Below, in pieces: positions 16,401 through 26,459 of a stretch of DNA of 46,310 bases (the first letter of the stretch is position 1; each line of letters begins with the position of its first letter). The notes under the pieces are model-generated. The model searched no databases. It saw only the letters and a list, made by a program, of their open reading frames with translations, and had not been told where the DNA came from. A program made the translations under genes and the position numbers. This DNA comes from an uncultured Bacilli bacterium. GTDB taxonomy: Bacteria; Bacillota_I; Bacilli_A; RF39; UBA660. The stretch spans positions 1 through 46,310 of the forward strand of contig CALVSR010000002.1 in the NCBI GenBank assembly GCA_944359075.1, written 5' to 3'.

Positions 16401-19040
16401 TTACTTATCTTCTAATACGTTTTCCTCTACAACAGTTTCAGTTATATCATTTGTATCATCTGAATCATCTTTTAAAATGGTAGAAACAGTAGCTACTTTT
16501 TGGTCATCTTTTAATTTTATTAATCTAACACCTTGAGTAGCTCTACTTAAAGTAGAAATTTGATCCATCGCCATTCTCATGATAATTCCGCTATCTGTAA
16601 TAATAACCAAATCTTCTTCTCCCGTTACAGCCTTCAAAGATACTAACATACCATTCTTTTCTGTCACATTTAACGCTTTCACACCTTTACTTCCTCGGTG
16701 AGTTAAACGATACTCATCAATTGGGGTCTTTTTACCATAACCCTTTTCTGTAACAATCAAAACTTGCTCATTATTTGTAATAACTTCTCCTCCTACTACT
16801 TTAGCACCATTAAGCTCAATTCCTTTAACACCTGAAGCCGTACGACCCATAATACGAATCTCATTTTCTGTAAATCGAACCATTCTACCATTGGAAGCAC
16901 CAATGATAATCTCATTTTCACCAGTTGTCTTACGGACAGAAATTAACTCATCATCATCTTTAAGATTAATAGCGATTTTACCACTACTTCTAATATTATC
17001 AAACTCTGATAAATCCGTTCTCTTCACAATACCATTTTTAGTGATGAAACATAAATATTTGTATTCATGCTCTTTTGCACTTAAAGATACAATAGAATTA
17101 ATTTGCTCGTCTTTTTCCACAGATAATAAATTAATAATTGGCAGTCCTTTGCTTTGTCTGCTAAATTCTGGAATTTCATACCCTTTCATTCGATACACTT
17201 TACCTTTATTACTAAAGAATAATATATAATCATGCGTTTCCATATTTAACATTTTTTCCACAAAATCTTCCTCATTGGTAGCCATACCTTTTATACCAAC
17301 ACCACCACGGTTTTGTGTTCTATATTCGTCCACTAGCATTCTCTTAATATATCCCTTATTAGTTAATGTTATTAATGTATTTTCAACTGGAATTAAAGAC
17401 TCATCTTCAATATAATCAATCGCAGTCATATCAATTTTAGTTCTTCTATCATCACTGTATTTTTTCTTAATTTCTAACATTTCTTCTTTGATAATATCTA
17501 ATACTCTCTGCTCAGAAGCTAAAATTGCCTTATAATCTGTAATTTTAGCAATTAAATCATTCAATTCTGCTTCTACTTTTCCACGTTCTAAGCCTGTTAA
17601 ACGACGTAATCTCATTTCAAGAATACTATTAGCTTGTATTTCATCCAAATTAAATCGTGTCATCAAGTTAGATCTAGCCTCTTCATCACTATCGGCAGCT
17701 CTAATAATACGAACTACTTCATCAATGTTATCTAAAGCAATTCTTAAGCCTTCTAAAATATGAACTCTTTCTTCTGCTTTTCCCAATTCATAACGAGTTC
17801 TTCTAATAATAACCTCTTTTTGATGATCAATATACTTAGAAATAATATCTTTAATTCCTAAAGTTCTAGGAGTTTGACCATCCAAAACTAAGAAAATAAT
17901 ACCATATGAAATTTGAAAATTAGTATGTTTATACAAGTTATTTAACACAACTTGAGGATTAGCATCTTTTTTTAATGTAATAGTAATTTTAATTCCATTT
18001 TTCAAATCTGTATGATAATCAGAAATACCATCAATTACTTTATTATGAACCAGTTCAGCCACTTTGTTTTTTAGTTCCATTGTATTAACACCATAAGGAA
18101 CTTCATCAACAATAATACAACTATGATTTCCATGTTCTTCAATTGTCGCTTTACTTCTAACTGTAATAGATCCCCTACCTGTTTCATAAGCTTTTTTAAT
18201 ACCAGAATTTCCTAAAATAATACCTCCAGTAGGAAAATCAGGCCCTTTTATATATTGCATTAAACCAATAGTATCAATATCTGGATTGTCAATATAAGCA
18301 ATACAACCATCAATTACTTCACCAAGATTATGAGGAGGAATATTAGTAGCCATACCTACAGCAATTCCCATAGATCCATTAACCAATACATTAGGAAATC
18401 TTGAAGGAAGAACCTTCGGCTCTTTTCTAGTAGCATCAAAATTATCATTCATATCCACAGTATCTTTATTAATATCTCTTAATAATTCCAATGAAATTTT
18501 AGCTAGCCTAGACTCCGTATAACGCATTGCTGCGGCACCATCACCTTCAATATTACCAAAGTTTCCATGTCCATCAATCAACATATATCTTTGATTAAAA
18601 TCCTGAGCAAGTCTAACCATCGCTTCATAGATAGAAGAGTCTCCATGAGGATGATAATTACCCATAACTTCTCCGACTGTTTTAGCACTCTTTCTATGAG
18701 GTTTATCAGGAGTATAACCAGATTCATACATAGACCATAAAATACGTCTATGAACAGGCTTTAAACCATCTCTAAGATCTGGTAATGCACGAGAAGTAAT
18801 AACACTTAAAGAATACTCTAAAAAAGAGGTTTCTACTTCATCTACAATATTATTATTATCTAATCTATCTCTTTCATGAAAATATCCATGAAATTCTCCA
18901 TTTTCTACATTATCAATTCCTAATTGAGAATTATTATCATTAACAATTGATTTATCATCTATAGATTCATTTATATTATCCGTATTATCATTTTCATTTG
19001 CTCTATTTAATAATTCATCTAAATCCTCTTTATTATTCAT
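16401..19040 (-). CDS. gyrA: DNA gyrase subunit A
   Basis: SRALPDLRDGLKPVHRRIL, the active-site region AAMRYTE, and C-terminal beta-pinwheel repeats. Follows gyrB. Carries an Asn/Asp-rich N-terminal extension of about 50 aa and an acidic tail. Confidence 0.97.
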   Translation of the reverse strand: MNNKEDLDELLNRANENDNTDNINESIDDKSIVNDNNSQLGIDNVENGEFHGYFHERDRLDNNNIVDEVETSFLEYSLSVITSRALPDLRDGLKPVHRRILWSMYESGYTPDKPHRKSAKTVGEVMGNYHPHGDSSIYEAMVRLAQDFNQRYMLIDGHGNFGNIEGDGAAAMRYTESRLAKISLELLRDINKDTVDMNDNFDATRKEPKVLPSRFPNVLVNGSMGIAVGMATNIPPHNLGEVIDGCIAYIDNPDIDTIGLMQYIKGPDFPTGGIILGNSGIKKAYETGRGSITVRSKATIEEHGNHSCIIVDEVPYGVNTMELKNKVAELVHNKVIDGISDYHTDLKNGIKITITLKKDANPQVVLNNLYKHTNFQISYGIIFLVLDGQTPRTLGIKDIISKYIDHQKEVIIRRTRYELGKAEERVHILEGLRIALDNIDEVVRIIRAADSDEEARSNLMTRFNLDEIQANSILEMRLRRLTGLERGKVEAELNDLIAKITDYKAILASEQRVLDIIKEEMLEIKKKYSDDRRTKIDMTAIDYIEDESLIPVENTLITLTNKGYIKRMLVDEYRTQNRGGVGIKGMATNEEDFVEKMLNMETHDYILFFSNKGKVYRMKGYEIPEFSRQSKGLPIINLLSVEKDEQINSIVSLSAKEHEYKYLCFITKNGIVKRTDLSEFDNIRSSGKIAINLKDDDELISVRKTTGENEIIIGASNGRMVRFTENEIRIMGRTASGVKGIELNGAKVVGGEVITNNEQVLIVTEKGYGKKTPIDEYRLTHRGSKGVKALNVTEKNGMLVSLKAVTGEEDLVIITDSGIIMRMAMDQISTLSRATQGVRLIKLKDDQKVATVSTILKDDSDDTNDITETVVEENVLEDK

Positions 19041-19051
19041 AATTCACCATC

Positions 19052-20989
19052 CTAAACATCCAGATTTTTAACTTTTCTAGCATTCTCTTCAATAAATCTT
19101 CTTCTAGGCTCTACTTCGTCTCCCATAAGTCTTTCAAATACTGAATCAGCAGCTACGCAATCATCTATAGTTATTTTTCTTAAAACTCTCTTTTCAATAT
19201 CCATTGTTGTTTCATTTAATTCATCAGCATCCATTTCTCCTAATCCTTTCATACGAGCTATTTCTGCCTTAGAACGAATATTATCGGGTAAAGTAGCTAA
19301 ATAAGAAGCAAGTTCCTCATCATTTAATACATATTTTCTAGTTTTGCCATGCGTAATTCTATAAAGTGGAGGCTGTGCAGCATAAACATGACCAGCTTCT
19401 ACAATTGGTCTAAAAAATCTATAAAATAAAGTTAATAATAATACACGAATATGAGATCCATCAACATCAGCATCGGTCATGATAATAATTTTATCGTATC
19501 TTAACTTAGATAAATCAAAATATTCCCCAATACCAGTACCAAAAGCTGTAATAATGGTTTTAATTTCTTCATTTCCAAGAGCTTTATCCATTCTAGCCTT
19601 TTCAACATTCAATATTTTTCCTCGCAATGGTAGAATTGCTTGAGTCATAGAATCTCTACCCTTTTTAGCAGAACCACCAGCACTATCCCCTTCGACTATA
19701 AATATTTCTGAAACACTTGGATCTTTACTTTTACAGTCAGATAATTTTCCAAAGAAATTAGTAACTGCTAAATCACTCTTTCTAGTTGCTTCTCTAGCTC
19801 TTTTAGCAGCCATTCTAGCATTTCTTGCCAATATTGCCTTATTTACAATAATCTTAGCTTCATCAGGATTTTCTAATAAAAATCTATCAAATCCTTCAGC
19901 AAAAACACTATCAGCCAAAGCTCTAACCTCAGAATTTCCTAATCTTCCTTTCGTTTGACCTTCAAATTGTGGATTAGGGTGCTTACAAGAAATAATCATA
20001 GTAAGCCCTTCTTTTACATCATCTTCTTTTAAATTCTCATCTTTTTCTTTTAAAATATTAGTTTTTCTAGCATAATTATTAATGACTCTAGATAAAGCTC
20101 TTTTTACACCATCTTCATGAGTTCCCCCATCATGTGTATTAATATTATTAACAAAAGAATAAATATTGGTATTATAAGAAGTATTATATTGCATAGCTAC
20201 TTCAAAAAATACTCCATCTTTTTCTCCACTTAGATGAATAATATTATTGTGAATTGGCGTTTTTTCTTGATTAATAAATCTAACATATTCACTAATTCCG
20301 CCTTCATATAAAAAGGTTTCACCAGTAGTATCTTCTAAATCTCTATCATCTCTAATATTAATAGACAATCCTTTATTCAAGAAAGCAAGTTCACGAACTC
20401 TTACTTTTAAAGTCTCATAATCATAAATATCAGTATCAAAAATGTTAGGATCTGGTTTAAAAGTTACCGTAGTCCCGGTTCTATTTTCACTACAATCCCC
20501 TATTACATGTAAAGGTTCCACTGTATGTCCACCATTTTCAAAACGAACTTTATGTATTTTTCCATTTTTATAAACAGTAACCTCTACCCATCTACTAAGT
20601 GCATTCACTACACTAGCTCCTACACCATGAAGACCACCGGAAACTTTATATCCTCCTCCACCAAATTTTCCACCAGCATGAAGCACTGTATAAACGGTTT
20701 CTACAGTAGAAATTCCTGTTTTAGGATGTACATCAACTGGAATCCCTCTTCCATCATCCTTAACAGTAATAGAATTATCCTTATTAATTACTACCTCTAT
20801 ATTATGACAATATCCAGCTAAAGCTTCATCAATTGCGTTATCTACAATTTCCCATACTAAATGATGAAGTCCCTTTACATCTGTTGTACCAATGTACATT
20901 CCAGGTCTTTTTCTAACAGCTTCTAATCCTTCTAAAACTTGAATATCAGAAGCATCATAATGATTCATTACTTTTTCTTGAGTATCCAT
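19052..20989 (-). CDS. gyrB: DNA gyrase subunit B
   Basis: [19 protein letters not shown], the GHKL ATPase region, Toprim ([16 protein letters not shown]) and [10 protein letters not shown]. Confidence 0.97.
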   Translation of the reverse strand: MDTQEKVMNHYDASDIQVLEGLEAVRKRPGMYIGTTDVKGLHHLVWEIVDNAIDEALAGYCHNIEVVINKDNSITVKDDGRGIPVDVHPKTGISTVETVYTVLHAGGKFGGGGYKVSGGLHGVGASVVNALSRWVEVTVYKNGKIHKVRFENGGHTVEPLHVIGDCSENRTGTTVTFKPDPNIFDTDIYDYETLKVRVRELAFLNKGLSINIRDDRDLEDTTGETFLYEGGISEYVRFINQEKTPIHNNIIHLSGEKDGVFFEVAMQYNTSYNTNIYSFVNNINTHDGGTHEDGVKRALSRVINNYARKTNILKEKDENLKEDDVKEGLTMIISCKHPNPQFEGQTKGRLGNSEVRALADSVFAEGFDRFLLENPDEAKIIVNKAILARNARMAAKRAREATRKSDLAVTNFFGKLSDCKSKDPSVSEIFIVEGDSAGGSAKKGRDSMTQAILPLRGKILNVEKARMDKALGNEEIKTIITAFGTGIGEYFDLSKLRYDKIIIMTDADVDGSHIRVLLLTLFYRFFRPIVEAGHVYAAQPPLYRITHGKTRKYVLNDEELASYLATLPDNIRSKAEIARMKGLGEMDADELNETTMDIEKRVLRKITIDDCVAADSVFERLMGDEVEPRRRFIEENARKVKNLDV

Positions 20990-20991
20990 TT

Positions 20992-22107
20992 TTATTCCAC
21001 CTTTTCTGTTATATTTCCATGCTCAACAATAAATATTTTTGCTTGATGTATAATTTTTTTTTGAATATTTTTTAAATCTGTAGTCGTAATAATCGTTTGA
21101 ATATCCTGAGGAATATATTGCATTAGTTTATTTCTCTTTTGAATATCTAATTCACTAAAAATATCATCAAGTAAAAGAATTGGACTTGATCCCTTTTCTT
21201 CTGTAAACAGAAAGATTTCAGCCAATTTAAAAGCTATGATTGCTAATCTCTGTTGACCTTGTGAAGCATAAAACTTCATATTTTCTTCATCGATATAAAA
21301 AGAGAAGTCATCTCGATGAGGACCATATAATGTCATTCCTTGAGAAATTTCTCTCTTTCTGTTGGATTTCAATTTCTGATAAAACTGCTTTTTAATAGAT
21401 TCTAATTCAAATGAATCCAAATCTAAATTATTTTCATATATAATATGAAGTCCTTTAATATTCATAATTTTTTCATAAATACTACCAATTTTTGTATTTA
21501 TATAATCTAAATATTTTTTACGATATAAATATATTTGTACTCCTCTATCCACTAATTTATCATCAATAATATCTAAATATCGGAGATCTGAAAACCCATT
21601 CACTCCGAGTTGTTTTAAATATTCATTCCGAGTCTTTAAAATTTTGTTATATTCGTTTAAATAATTTACATACAAAGGATATAATTGACTAATTTGAATA
21701 TTCAAAAGATTCCGTCTAATTTGAGGAGACCCTTTAATAATATCTAAATCGTTAGGACAAAACATAATTACATTCATATTAGATATATAAGCAGCAATTT
21801 TTCTAATTTCTTTTTGATTAATATAAACTTTTTTTTGATCTTGAATCCATTTAATTTCCAGTTCTTTTAAAATCTCATTATCTCGTAATAACCCTGAAAT
21901 TTTACAAGAATGAAATCCTTTTTGAATAATATTATTTTCAAATCCTAAACGATGTGATTTGGTAAGTGCAAGTATGTAGATACTTTCCAAAATATTAGTT
22001 TTTCCTTGGGCATTATCTCCTATAAAAATATTAATTTTATTACATAACTTTACTTTTTCTTTTTTATAATTTCGAAAATGATCGATCTCTATCTTGGATA
22101 AATACAT
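20992..22107 (-). CDS. recF: DNA replication/repair protein RecF
   Basis: Walker [10 protein letters not shown], signature region SQGQQR and Walker [12 protein letters not shown]. Confidence 0.95.
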   Translation of the reverse strand: MYLSKIEIDHFRNYKKEKVKLCNKINIFIGDNAQGKTNILESIYILALTKSHRLGFENNIIQKGFHSCKISGLLRDNEILKELEIKWIQDQKKVYINQKEIRKIAAYISNMNVIMFCPNDLDIIKGSPQIRRNLLNIQISQLYPLYVNYLNEYNKILKTRNEYLKQLGVNGFSDLRYLDIIDDKLVDRGVQIYLYRKKYLDYINTKIGSIYEKIMNIKGLHIIYENNLDLDSFELESIKKQFYQKLKSNRKREISQGMTLYGPHRDDFSFYIDEENMKFYASQGQQRLAIIAFKLAEIFLFTEEKGSSPILLLDDIFSELDIQKRNKLMQYIPQDIQTIITTTDLKNIQKKIIHQAKIFIVEHGNITEKVE

Positions 22108-22204
22108 AAAAACCCCTAAAAAAACTCATATTATCACCTTTTATACTTTCAAGTACTCCTATACCTACAATTACATTATACCATATTAGAAGCCTAAAAA
22201 CATA

Positions 22205-22231
22205 AAAAAAGAAGAAAAAATCTTCTTTTTT
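22205..22231. terminator. A/T-flanked hairpin downstream of comK
   Basis: AAAAAAGAAGA-AAAAA-TCTTCTTTTTT. It is symmetric and so potentially bidirectional. Confidence 0.45.
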
Positions 22232-22234
22232 ATG

Positions 22235-22684
22235 TTATTTTTTCATTTTTCGATCATTTAAAATTAAATTTAATCTAGAAGCTCTCATAATTTGATTTTG
22301 GACAGACTGTTTAGAAGCAATGCATTCTATTTCTTTGCCATTTTTTAATAAAATATATGTCTTATGATTTTGCTCATAAACCTTATCTACCCATTTTAAT
22401 GATATCCAAGTACATTGAACATTTTCTGGTGATGAAATAGGAAAAAAAATCAAATCAGAGCTTTCTTCTACAATAATAGGCAACTTATAATTAGCCCCTA
22501 ACATTTTTCTACTCCCATCTACCCTACCTACATAAGAACTTCCAAAATATTTACAAGAATAATCCATTACTTCATAAGCCATATCTTGAACTAAGTATTC
22601 CCGATTCTGTTCTACGATTCTAGTCTGATTTTTATCCAAACCAATGACAGCTAATGTTTCCTCATTTACTTCATATTTTTCCAT
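22235..22684 (-). CDS. comK: ComK-family competence transcription factor
   Basis: The pattern YEVNEETLAVI...YSCKYFGSSYVGRVDGSRKMLGANYKLPIIV...IFFPISSPENVQCTWISL matches the ComK family. Strong GGGGGGAG RBS. Confidence 0.7.
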   Translation of the reverse strand: MEKYEVNEETLAVIGLDKNQTRIVEQNREYLVQDMAYEVMDYSCKYFGSSYVGRVDGSRKMLGANYKLPIIVEESSDLIFFPISSPENVQCTWISLKWVDKVYEQNHKTYILLKNGKEIECIASKQSVQNQIMRASRLNLILNDRKMKK

Positions 22685-22897
22685 AAATTTCTCCCCCCTG
22701 CAATATAAAATTGCGAGCTATATATTACCAAACCTATAAATCGAAAAATGAGGAAATATGACGAAAAATTATAAAAATTGAAATTTTAGAAAAATAAGTA
22801 TCCTTTTTATTATAATTTCTATATTAAATGGATGATATTATATAAAAAAGACTATTAACCAATATAAATCAGTTAACAGCCTAAAATATTATTTCTT

Positions 22898-24019
22898 CTA
22901 ATAAGTTCTAATTGGTAATACCAATTGTGTTAAACCTTCATCCTTACTAGATTTTAAAATAATTGGCTTTACTTCTCCTACGAAAGAAATTTCCACTTGT
23001 TCATCTTCAAAAGATTTCAATGCTTCCATCATGTATTTTGCTACAAAGGAAATCTTTAAATTTTCAGAATTGTCTTTCTCAATATTCATTTTTTCTTCTA
23101 CCCTACCAATTTCTGCAGAACTACTTCTAACAAATAATTTATTTCCATCAATTTCAAAAGTAACAATATTCTTTTCTTTATCACTAGTTAAAATACTAGC
23201 ACGATCAATAACATTATATAAATCATTTACATTAACTTTTATAGTTAACATAAACTCATCTGGTAATAAATTAGCCGTATTTGGATAAGTACCACTAATT
23301 AATCTAGATTGAAATAAAATGTTTTGATATTTAATTAATACCTTATTATTAAAAATATGTAACTCAATATGATCTTCTTCATCATTCATAATCTTTAAAA
23401 ATTCCAACAAATTTTTACTAGGGATAACGATATTATAATTTTCTTCTACAGCGTTATCTAATGTTAATAATCTTCTAGCTAAGCGATAAGAATCAGTAGA
23501 ATTACATTCCATAGAAGTTCCTAAAATTTTAAAATTAATACCAGTAAGAATTGGTCTAGATTCATCATTAGAAGAAGCAAAAGAAGTTTGTGAAATAATA
23601 CTTCTAAAAGCTTTACTATCTAAAATTAAAGGATTCTTACTTAAATCTAGATGAATAGATGGATATTCATTTTTATTAATACCATTTAAATTGAATTCAC
23701 TATTATCTGTATAAATCGTAATTTTAAGTTCATCAATTACTTCAATATTAATAAATTCATCAGGTAATTTTCTTACAATATCTAAAATATATTTTCCTTG
23801 AATAATAATACTACCCTCTTTTTCTATTTCCATTTCTTCAGTTTTATCTAAGAAAACTTGAATAGTAATATCATTATCACTAGCAGTTAAGACTAATCCT
23901 TTTTCTGTTAGATCAAATTTAATTCCAGCTAGGACAGGAACAAGATTTTTAGTAGATAGTGCTTTAGACACTTTATTAAGACCATCTAATAATAATTCTT
24001 TTTTGATTTTTAATTTCAT
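22898..24019 (-). CDS. dnaN: DNA polymerase III beta sliding clamp
   Basis: 373 aa with three-domain clamp architecture, ending in QLVLPIRTY. Immediately downstream of dnaA. Confidence 0.95.
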   Translation of the reverse strand: MKLKIKKELLLDGLNKVSKALSTKNLVPVLAGIKFDLTEKGLVLTASDNDITIQVFLDKTEEMEIEKEGSIIIQGKYILDIVRKLPDEFINIEVIDELKITIYTDNSEFNLNGINKNEYPSIHLDLSKNPLILDSKAFRSIISQTSFASSNDESRPILTGINFKILGTSMECNSTDSYRLARRLLTLDNAVEENYNIVIPSKNLLEFLKIMNDEEDHIELHIFNNKVLIKYQNILFQSRLISGTYPNTANLLPDEFMLTIKVNVNDLYNVIDRASILTSDKEKNIVTFEIDGNKLFVRSSSAEIGRVEEKMNIEKDNSENLKISFVAKYMMEALKSFEDEQVEISFVGEVKPIILKSSKDEGLTQLVLPIRTY

Positions 24020-24157
24020 ATTTATTCCTTCTTTCTTAATATTTATTATTATTATTACTGTGGAAATTGTGCATAACTAAATATTTACTTTATTTTATCA
24101 CAATTTTTCTTATTTTTGGTTGTGGAAAAAAATTTTAAAAATGCAAAATTATCCACA
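24020..24157. promoter_or_regulatory. oriC: oriC, dnaA-dnaN intergenic half (DnaA boxes plus candidate unwinding region)
   Basis: Boxes are TGTGGAAAT (24059-24067), TGTGGAAAA (24121-24129) and a perfect TTATCCACA (24149-24157), plus a weak TTATCACAA (24095-24103). (TTA)5 and an AT-rich tract abut the first box. Confidence 0.75.
24043..24057. repeat. (TTA)5 = (TAA)5 trinucleotide repeat, candidate DnaA-trio array
   Basis: Five perfect trinucleotide repeats 1 nt from the DnaA box at 24059-24067. On the opposite strand it reads ATTTCCACA-G-(TAA)5. Confidence 0.4.
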
Positions 24158-25555
24158 TTAAACAATTTCTTTCTTTAATTTCTCTATAATATTAGCAAGT
24201 TCTTTATTAGTCAATATCTCTTTTTCAATTTTTTCTACAGAATGCATAACAGTAGAATGATCTTTTCCACCAAATTCAATTCCTATTTTTGGAAAAGATT
24301 CATTGGTAAGTTTTCGACAGAGATACATAGCTACTTGTCTTGGAAATGCAAGGTTAGCACTTCTCTTTTTAGATTTCATATCTTCTACCGATACTTGAAA
24401 ATATTCTGCTACAATTCGTTGAATTCGATTTACACTATTTTTTTCACTATATCCTTTATTAACAAAGTCTTTTAATACATCCACTGCTAAATCTAGAGTA
24501 ATTTCAGTACCACCCATGATAGTGGAATATGCAAGTAATCTCGTAATAGAACCTTCGAGATGTCTAACATCGCTACCAACATTAGAAGCAATATATTCAA
24601 TTACATCATCGGGTATGCTTTTATTAATAGACTCCCCTATGATTTTCTTTTTGATAATAGCAACTCTTAAATCAAAATCGGGAGGAAAAATATCCGCAGT
24701 CAATCCCCAACAGAACCTAGTTCTTAAGCGATCCTCTAATAGTTTTAAGTCATCTGGAGATCGATCAGATGATATAATGATCTGTTTATTTTCATCATAT
24801 AGTTTTGTAAAAGTATTAAAAAATTCATTTTGTGTTTGTGGCGCACCTTGAAAAAATTGAATATCATCTACAATCAAAACATCTATACTTCTATATTTAT
24901 TTTTAAAATAGGAAACATAATCAAAATTTTTTCCATGTTCATCTTTTTTATTAATTCCAAGAAAGTCAGTAATAAATTGGTCACTAGATACATATAAAAC
25001 TTTTTTATTAGAATGTTCTGTAATATAATTTCCAATTGCGTGCATCAAATGTGTTTTCCCTAACCCACTATTTCCATAAATAAATAAAGGATTATAAAGA
25101 ACACCTGGGTTTTCAGCTACTTCTAGTGCCGCAGCTTGGGCAAATTTATTAGTATTTCCTACAATAAAATTATCAAAGGTATAATTTTTATTCAAATTAG
25201 AAGAAAAATTATTAGATGAGTTTTGAAGATTAGTATTTTGTTCATTTTCATTTTGCCAATAAATAGGCTGAATTTTCTCTTGTTGAGCTTGTTGAGAAAG
25301 TTCTTCTATTTCTTCTTGTGTATAAAATTCAATATCTACATTATCTCCTACAACATTACTTAAATTTTTAACAATCAAATCATAGTATTTTGTCGTAAGA
25401 TGTTTTTTATAAATCGACATAGGGACAATGATTTTACAAATACCATCTTTATATTCATATAATTCAGTATTTTGAAACCAAGTCTCAAAGGAAAGAGGAT
25501 TCATTTCGGTTTTAATATTATTTAAAAAATTAGACCATATAATTTTTATATTCAC
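24158..25555 (-). CDS. dnaA: chromosomal replication initiator DnaA
   Basis: AAA+ Walker A GNSGLGKTHL, Walker B VLIVDDIQF, and the domain IV region KIGIEFGGKDHSTVMHS. GTG start with a strong GGGGGGA RBS. Confidence 0.97.
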   Translation of the reverse strand: MNIKIIWSNFLNNIKTEMNPLSFETWFQNTELYEYKDGICKIIVPMSIYKKHLTTKYYDLIVKNLSNVVGDNVDIEFYTQEEIEELSQQAQQEKIQPIYWQNENEQNTNLQNSSNNFSSNLNKNYTFDNFIVGNTNKFAQAAALEVAENPGVLYNPLFIYGNSGLGKTHLMHAIGNYITEHSNKKVLYVSSDQFITDFLGINKKDEHGKNFDYVSYFKNKYRSIDVLIVDDIQFFQGAPQTQNEFFNTFTKLYDENKQIIISSDRSPDDLKLLEDRLRTRFCWGLTADIFPPDFDLRVAIIKKKIIGESINKSIPDDVIEYIASNVGSDVRHLEGSITRLLAYSTIMGGTEITLDLAVDVLKDFVNKGYSEKNSVNRIQRIVAEYFQVSVEDMKSKKRSANLAFPRQVAMYLCRKLTNESFPKIGIEFGGKDHSTVMHSVEKIEKEILTNKELANIIEKLKKEIV

Positions 25556-25614
25556 CTATTATCCCCCCTGCCTAAAGATAATTCGAAATTGCAAGTCTTA
25601 TTTTAACTTAAAAC

Positions 25615-25789
25615 TGTGGAAAAATAAATAGATATTTTCCTGTTTTTTTTAATTCACATGAAATCCACAACTTTTTCCACAAGAAAAAACTATATATATA
25701 TTCATTATAACGCATTTTTCCACAAAAAATAAAAAAATAAATTCACAATGAAGAAAAAGTTATAAACAAGTCTGTGGAAATGTGGAAAA
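25615..25789. promoter_or_regulatory. oriC: oriC, dnaA-upstream DnaA-box cluster
   Basis: TGTGGAAAA at 25615, AAATCCACA at 25661, TTTTCCACA at 25673 and 25716, TGTGGAAAT at 25773, TGTGGAAAA at 25781. Weaker boxes at 25650, 25739 and 25760. Confidence 0.8.
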
Positions 25790-25829
25790 GTTTTTATGAT
25801 GGCAAGATTTATATATGATAAAGTTTGTA

Positions 25830-25879
25830 TTTTTAAAGTTTTTAAAGGAAAATATTTTTAAAGTTTTTAAAGGAAAATA
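25830..25879. repeat. perfect 25-bp x2 tandem direct repeat TTTTTAAAGTTTTTAAAGGAAAATA
   Basis: The units 25830-25854 and 25855-25879 are identical. The repeat lies immediately upstream of the rpmH -35 element. Confidence 0.9.
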
Positions 25880-25880
25880 A

Positions 25881-25910
25881 TTGACAAATGGGCTGGAATC
25901 TTATTATAAT
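25881..25910 (+). promoter_or_regulatory. rpmH promoter
   Basis: TTGACA (25881-25886), an 18-nt spacer and TATAAT (25905-25910). Confidence 0.6.
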
Positions 25911-25940
25911 AATGTAGATTTTATGTCTGGAGGTGGAACT

Positions 25941-26063
25941 ATGAAAAGAACTTATCAACCAAATAATCGTAAGATGAAGAAAACGCACGGATTTTTTTCA
26001 AGAGTTAAAGGTAATGTATTAAAGAAAAGAAGAGCAAAAGGTCGTAAAAGATTATCTAAATAA
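25941..26063 (+). CDS. rpmH: 50S ribosomal protein L34
   Basis: [18 protein letters not shown]...[22 protein letters not shown]. The ORF-track start at 25881 is the promoter -35. The product is 40 aa, a few residues shorter than typical L34. Confidence 0.93.
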   Translation: MKRTYQPNNRKMKKTHGFFSRVKGNVLKKRRAKGRKRLSK

Positions 26064-26066
26064 AAT

Positions 26067-26087
26067 ACCACTTTTAGTGGTTTTTTT
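26067..26087 (+). terminator. weak intrinsic terminator after rpmH
   Basis: ACCAC-TTTTA-GTGGT followed by a T7 run. Confidence 0.4.
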
Positions 26088-26120
26088 GCTTCTTTAGAAA
26101 ATATAAAATAGGTGATACTA

Positions 26121-26459
26121 ATGAAAAAAATCAATATTGTAAAAGATAGTAGAGACTTTGAAAAAGTAATACACAAAGGAAATTTGTACAAAAATCAACT
26201 TTATATTATATATGTATTGAAAAATGAAAAACCATATTATCGATTTGGAATTTCTGTCGGAAAAAAGATTTCAACCAAAGCAGTAGTTAGAAATAAATTA
26301 AAGCGCAGGTTAAAAAATATAATTAATAAATATAAAAATCTATACCCAATTTGTCAAGATTATATTATAATAATGAAAAGAAGCTGTTTAGAAAAAAACT
26401 ATCAAGAATTAGAACAAAGTTTTCTAGATATTATCAATAAAATAATAAAGGAGAAATAA
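26121..26459 (+). CDS. rnpA: ribonuclease P protein component
   Basis: Basic 112-aa protein with the RNR-like motif AVVRNKLKRRLK. Sits between rpmH and yidC. The ATG at 26121 is preferred over the GTG at 26112. Confidence 0.9.
   Translation: MKKINIVKDSRDFEKVIHKGNLYKNQLYIIYVLKNEKPYYRFGISVGKKISTKAVVRNKLKRRLKNIINKYKNLYPICQDYIIIMKRSCLEKNYQELEQSFLDIINKIIKEK

Noticed and set aside
25941-26063. L34 is only 40 aa, which could indicate a truncation or frameshift.
   Set aside because: Both the conserved N-terminus (MKRTYQP) and C-terminus ([11 protein letters not shown]) are intact. The difference is a small internal deletion, so the gene is likely functional.
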